From Jiangellaceae bacterium (lineage in GTDB: Bacteria > Actinomycetota > Actinomycetes > Jiangellales > Jiangellaceae): a stretch of 38,345 nt of DNA. The stretch is from the NCBI GenBank assembly GCA_035253685.1, contig DATFBR010000053.1, positions 1 to 38,345 on the forward strand, read 5' to 3'. The notes under the pieces are model-generated. The model did no database searches. It saw only the letters and a program-made list of their open reading frames with translations, and was not told the DNA's origin. A program made the position numbers and the translations under genes. Positions 34,497 through 38,345 of the stretch are shown in pieces. The first letter of the stretch is position 1, and each line of letters begins with the position of its first letter.

Positions 34497-35407
34497 GCCT
34501 CGCCCAGGTCGAGGCGACCACAGAAGCTGCGAAGGTCGGCGAGGAGGGCGGCAGCCTCCGCAAGGACGCCTGGCGGCGGTTGCGCCGCGACCCGGTGGCG
34601 ATCATCGGGTTCGGGCTGATCGCCTTCTTCGTGCTGGTGGCGATCTTCGCGCCGCTGATCGCGCCGTACGGTCCGACCGACCGTCCGGGCGCGGGTATGG
34701 TCACGCCGACCAACATCCCCGGGCCGTCCGCGGAGTTCTGGTTCGGCCTCGACGAGCTCGGTCACGACGAGTTCAGCCGGGTCGTGTTCGGTGCCCGCCA
34801 GTCCCTGCTGGTCGGCGTCGTCGCGCTTCTGCTCGGGATGGCCGGCGGCCTGCTGCTCGGCGTGCTCGCCGGCGCGTTCGGCGGCAAGGTCGACAGCGTG
34901 ATCATGCGGATCGTCGACGTGATGCTGTCGATCCCGGGACTGCTGATGGCCATCGCCATCGCCGCTCTGCTCGGCCGGAGTCTGCTGTCAGTGATGATCG
35001 CGATCGCCGTCATCAACATCCCGATCTTCGCTCGACTGCTGCGCGGCCAGATGCTGTCCCAGCGGGAGAGCGACTATGTGCTCGCGGCGAGGTCGTTGGG
35101 CGTGCGCAAGCGGTCGATCGTCCTGGGCCACGTGCTGCCGAACTCGATGTCGCCGGTGATCGTCCAAGCCACCCTGACACTGGCGACGGCGATCATCGAA
35201 GCCGCCGGGCTGTCGTTCCTCGGGCTGGGGAGTCCCGACCCGAGGGTGCCGGAGTGGGGGCTCATGCTCGCCAACACCCAGCGCTATCTCGCCAGCGCCC
35301 CACATCTGGCATTCTTCCCGGGTATGGCCATCGTCATCGCCGCGCTCGGCTTCACTCTGCTCGGTGAGCGACTGCGCGAGGCACTCGACCCGAAGTACCG
35401 GCGGTGA
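34493..35407 (+). CDS. ABC transporter permease (DppC/OppC-like)
   Basis: Start GTG 34493 overlaps the upstream TGA (GTGA). ..DPVAIIGFGLIAFFVLVAIFAPLIAPYGP.. and ..DYVLAARSLGV.. match the family. Confidence 0.9.
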   Translation: MSLAQVEATTEAAKVGEEGGSLRKDAWRRLRRDPVAIIGFGLIAFFVLVAIFAPLIAPYGPTDRPGAGMVTPTNIPGPSAEFWFGLDELGHDEFSRVVFGARQSLLVGVVALLLGMAGGLLLGVLAGAFGGKVDSVIMRIVDVMLSIPGLLMAIAIAALLGRSLLSVMIAIAVINIPIFARLLRGQMLSQRESDYVLAARSLGVRKRSIVLGHVLPNSMSPVIVQATLTLATAIIEAAGLSFLGLGSPDPRVPEWGLMLANTQRYLASAPHLAFFPGMAIVIAALGFTLLGERLREALDPKYRR

Positions 35408-36414
35408 GCATGCCGGACCCGGCCGCGGGACACCTGCTCGACGTCCGCGACCTGTCGGTGGTGTTCACCCGCAAGGGCCGGCGGGATGTCAGGGCGGTCG
35501 ACGGGGTGTCGTTCACCGTCGACGCCGGCGAGACCATGGGTCTGGTCGGTGAGTCTGGCAGCGGGAAGAGCGTCACCTCGCTGGCCGTCATGGGGCTGCT
35601 GCCGAAGCGGGGCGTGCAGGTGGGTGGCGAGGTCCACTTCGACGGCGACGATCTGCTGACGCTCCCGCCCGAACGCATGCGCGACATCCGTGGCCAGGAC
35701 ATCGCCATGGTCTTCCAGGACCCGATGTCCTCGCTCAACCCGGTCGTGCCGATCGGCCGGCAGGTCACCGAGGTGCTGGAACGCCACCAAGCCCTCAAGG
35801 GCGATGCTGCGCAGGCCGCGGCGGGCGATCTGCTCGCCCGGGTCGGCATCCCGGATCCCACTCGCCGGTTGAAGGAGTACCCGCACCAACTCTCGGGTGG
35901 CATGCGCCAGCGCGCCCTCATCGCGATGGCCCTGGCCTGCCGACCGCGGTTGCTGATCGCCGACGAACCCACGACCGCCCTCGACGTGACGATCCAGGCC
36001 CAGATCCTCGAGCTGTTGAAGGAACTCGTCCGCGACTCCGGTGCGGCGCTGGTGATGATCACCCACGACCTGGGTGTCATCGCCGGGCTCTGCGACACCG
36101 TGCACGTCATGTACGGCGGGCGAGTGGTCGAGTCGGCCGGTCGCCGTGATCTGTTCGCCGAACCACGCCACCCCTACACCGGGGGGCTGCTCGCCTCGGT
36201 GCCCCGCCTCGACGCCCCCCGCGGTGCGCCGCTGCACCCGATTCCCGGTTCGCCGACCGACCTGCTGCCATGGGCGCACGGCTGCGCGTTCGCGCCCCGG
36301 TGCCCCAACCGCGTGGAGCCTTGCACCGAGAGCCCACCCGCGCTCGAGTCCACGGGCGAGCGGGAACTGCGCTGCTACAACCCGCTCGCCGCGGCCGAGG
36401 AGATTCCCGCGTGA
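35404..36414 (+). CDS. ABC transporter ATP-binding protein (DppD/OppD-like)
   Basis: Walker A GESGSGKS, signature LSGGMRQR, Walker B LLIADEPTTALD, and a Cys-containing Opp C-terminal region. GTGA overlap with the permease stop. Confidence 0.92.
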   Translation: MSMPDPAAGHLLDVRDLSVVFTRKGRRDVRAVDGVSFTVDAGETMGLVGESGSGKSVTSLAVMGLLPKRGVQVGGEVHFDGDDLLTLPPERMRDIRGQDIAMVFQDPMSSLNPVVPIGRQVTEVLERHQALKGDAAQAAAGDLLARVGIPDPTRRLKEYPHQLSGGMRQRALIAMALACRPRLLIADEPTTALDVTIQAQILELLKELVRDSGAALVMITHDLGVIAGLCDTVHVMYGGRVVESAGRRDLFAEPRHPYTGGLLASVPRLDAPRGAPLHPIPGSPTDLLPWAHGCAFAPRCPNRVEPCTESPPALESTGERELRCYNPLAAAEEIPA

Positions 36415-37610
36415 GTCCGGCCGGAGGGTCCGCCGCGGCCGACGCGCACGCGTCCGAAGAGGTATCGGCTCCGCCGCAGCAGCGTCGGCGCCGCGCCATC
36501 GCGGCCGAGGACACCCTGCTGTCGGTGCGCGGTCTGCAGGTTCACTTCCCGATCAAGTCCGGGGTCTTCGTGGACCGCGTCGTCGGATGGGTGAAGGCGG
36601 TCGACGGCGTGGATCTCGACGTGCCGCGGGGGTCGACCGTCGGCCTGGTGGGAGAGTCGGGCTGCGGCAAGACGACCCTCGGGCGATCGATTCTGCGCCT
36701 GGTCGAGCCGACGACCGGCACCGTCACCTTCGACGGGATCGACGTCGGCTCGCTGGCCGGTGAAGACCTGCGGCGTATCCGACGCCGGATGCAGATGATC
36801 TTCCAGGATCCGATGGCAAGTCTCGATCCGCGCCAGAGCGTCGAGTCCGTGCTCACCGAACCTCGGCGGGCGCACGGGATCAAGCGTGACGAGGCGACGA
36901 CGGTCGCGCGACTGCTCGACCTGGTCGGACTACCGGCATCGGCGGCGAACCGGTACCCGCACGAGTTCTCCGGCGGACAGCGCCAGCGGATCGGCATCGC
37001 CCGGGCGATTGCGCTCGAACCGGAACTGATCATCGCCGACGAGCCGGTCTCCGCGCTGGACGTGTCGATCCAGGCCCAGGTGGTCAACCTGCTGGAGGAG
37101 TTGCAGGACCGGCTCGGGCTGACCTACGTGGTCATCGCACACGACCTGGCCGTGGTGCGGCACATTGCAGACGTCGTCGCCGTGATGTACCTCGGCGGCG
37201 TCGTCGAGCAGGCGCCCTCGGACGCCCTGTACAGGGCGCCGTACCACCCGTACACGAAGGCGCTCATGTCGGCGGTCCCGATCCCCGACCCGGTGGTCGA
37301 GGACAGCCGCGAGCGCATCCTGCTCGAAGGCGACCTGCCCTCGCCGGCGAACCCACCGTCTGGATGTCGCTTCCACACCCGATGCCCGTACCGGCAGCCG
37401 ACCCGCTGTGACGACGAGCAGCCGGCGCTGCGCGAGCTCGCGCCCGGACACACGGTGGCGTGTCACTGGGCGGAGCAGATCGACTCCGGCGAGATCGCAC
37501 CGCGGGCCAGCGCCGTCGTCGAGGCCGCGATCGATGCCGAGCCGCCGCCGAGTGTCCCGATAGCGGGCGACTCCACCACCACGACCCTGGGCCCGCCGCC
37601 CGGCATCTGA
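36411..37610 (+). CDS. ABC transporter ATP-binding protein (DppF/OppF-like)
   Basis: Start GTG 36411 (GTGA overlap). Walker A GESGCGKT, signature FSGGQRQR, Walker B LIIADEPVSALD, and C-terminal CRFHTRCPYRQPTRC. Confidence 0.9.
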   Translation: MSPAGGSAAADAHASEEVSAPPQQRRRRAIAAEDTLLSVRGLQVHFPIKSGVFVDRVVGWVKAVDGVDLDVPRGSTVGLVGESGCGKTTLGRSILRLVEPTTGTVTFDGIDVGSLAGEDLRRIRRRMQMIFQDPMASLDPRQSVESVLTEPRRAHGIKRDEATTVARLLDLVGLPASAANRYPHEFSGGQRQRIGIARAIALEPELIIADEPVSALDVSIQAQVVNLLEELQDRLGLTYVVIAHDLAVVRHIADVVAVMYLGGVVEQAPSDALYRAPYHPYTKALMSAVPIPDPVVEDSRERILLEGDLPSPANPPSGCRFHTRCPYRQPTRCDDEQPALRELAPGHTVACHWAEQIDSGEIAPRASAVVEAAIDAEPPPSVPIAGDSTTTTLGPPPGI

Positions 37611-37757
37611 GCAGGCAGGGCAGTGGTCGGTCGCGGCTGCCGAGGCGGCTGACCGCGTTCGGAACGTGCTTGCATGACCTCGGCTGTCCGACCACACGGC
37701 CGGTCGGCTGCGTCCGCATCATCAGGTCCCTTCGCTGAGAATCACGAGCCACACGAG

Positions 37758-37769
37758 AATTGATCAATT
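37758..37769. promoter_or_regulatory. Perfect 12-bp AT-rich palindrome AATTGATCAATT upstream of the DUF222 gene
   Basis: Read directly from the sequence. Lies 59 nt before ATG 37828 in a lower-GC spacer. Confidence 0.25.
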
Positions 37770-37827
37770 GCAGCCACGGTGGAAACCAGGCCGGAGCGTG
37801 TCAGTGCGGTCGCCTAGAATCGAACAC

Positions 37828-38345
37828 ATGTTCGAGGATGCAGTGGAGATTCGGAACCGGTTGGCCGTGCTGGTCGACCGGCTGGATCCGGATGCGGTGT
37901 CCGGGTCGGCGGCCGGGGAGCTGTGGACGGGCCTGGATCGGATCGAGCGGCTGGCCGCGGCCGGGAAGACGCTGCTGGCCCGCCGGCTGGCGCAGGCCCA
38001 CCGTGCCGAGAGGGCCGGTGCGAAGACCGCGGCGGAAGACCTGGCCCGGCGGGCTGGGACCACCGTGGGCGCGGCCCGCGACGCGGTCGATGTCTCGACC
38101 CGGCTACCTCAACTTTCGCACGTCGAGGCGGCGTTGCGCCGCGGTGCGCTGTCCGCGGCGCAGGCGGCTGTGGTCAGCGCCGCGGCGGCCGCGGATCCGG
38201 CGGCCGAGGCCCGGCTGGTGGAGTTGGCCTCGCGGGTGTCGGTGCCGGAGTTGCGTGAGGAATGCGCCCGGGTCAAGGCGGCCGCGGATCCGGATCCTGA
38301 GGCGACCAACCGGCGGCTGCATCAACGCCGCCGGTTGCGCCGCTG
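37828..38345 (+). CDS. Partial CDS (3' end outside window): DUF222 domain protein, N-terminal part of the actinobacterial HNH-endonuclease '13E12-repeat' type family
   Basis: Not in the ORF track (no stop in the window). My translation from ATG 37828 gives MFEDAVEIRNRLAVLVDRLDPDAVSGSAAGELWTGLDRIERLAAAGKTLLARRLAQAH...VEAALRRGALSAAQAAVVSAAAAADPAAEARLVELA...LREECARVKAAADPD. This is a typical DUF222 N-terminus. The HNH part would lie beyond the window. Confidence 0.68.
   Translation, partial: MFEDAVEIRNRLAVLVDRLDPDAVSGSAAGELWTGLDRIERLAAAGKTLLARRLAQAHRAERAGAKTAAEDLARRAGTTVGAARDAVDVSTRLPQLSHVEAALRRGALSAAQAAVVSAAAAADPAAEARLVELASRVSVPELREECARVKAAADPDPEATNRRLHQRRRLRR

Noticed and set aside
37811-37830. 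GTTCGATTC on the minus strand, resembling a tRNA T-loop
   Set aside because: Flanking bases do not form a T-stem (ATGTG versus CTAGG). No acceptor or anticodon arms can be drawn, and it overlaps the start of the DUF222 gene.
1-38345. Defence systems, toxin-antitoxin pairs, prophage or integrative elements, CRISPR arrays, biosynthetic gene clusters
   Set aside because: I scanned both strands and found no repeat-spacer arrays, integrase or transposase, nuclease-ATPase defence pairs, or PKS/NRPS/RiPP signatures. The only selfish-element-like genes are the two truncated edge genes (DUF559-like and DUF222). Their context cannot be judged from this window.

Overview
High-GC (roughly 70% by eye, not computed) actinobacterial chromosomal segment, densely coding, with no rRNA, tRNA, CRISPR, integrase or transposase that I can see. 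All family calls rest on motifs I recognise in the translations; no searches were run.

Positions 1-14915 look like conserved actinobacterial core. They carry DUF5703, an aldo/keto reductase, an LLM/F420 oxidoreductase, uppP, an M23 peptidase, the phosphomutase/DUF3090/PI-kinase-like trio, mshC, a PAC2 protein, metH and a HAD hydrolase. As far as I recall, this order matches the Mycobacterium tuberculosis Rv2124c-Rv2136c neighbourhood.

Positions 14989-37610 look accessory and metabolic. They carry:
- two large secreted metallopeptidases (M64 with HELGH, M6-like with HEMSH);
- an apparently frameshifted TlpA-like thioredoxin lipoprotein;
- a secreted S15 Xaa-Pro dipeptidyl-peptidase;
- a full hydroxyproline catabolic gene set (proline-racemase-family epimerase, three-subunit D-hydroxyproline dehydrogenase, DapA-like deaminase, NADP aldehyde dehydrogenase) with GntR and PucR regulators;
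- a five-gene Dpp/Opp-type peptide ABC importer.

Both window edges cut genes that the ORF track misses: a DUF559/AbiEi-like gene at the left and a DUF222/HNH-type gene at the right.

I see no canonical defence, toxin-antitoxin or mobile system. The best leads are:
- the peptidase + importer + hydroxyproline locus read as one scavenging unit;
- a perfect AT-rich 10-5-10 palindrome that looks like its operator;
- the function-unknown three-gene system next to mshC;
- a homopolymer frameshift that creates a spurious 894-aa read-through ORF.
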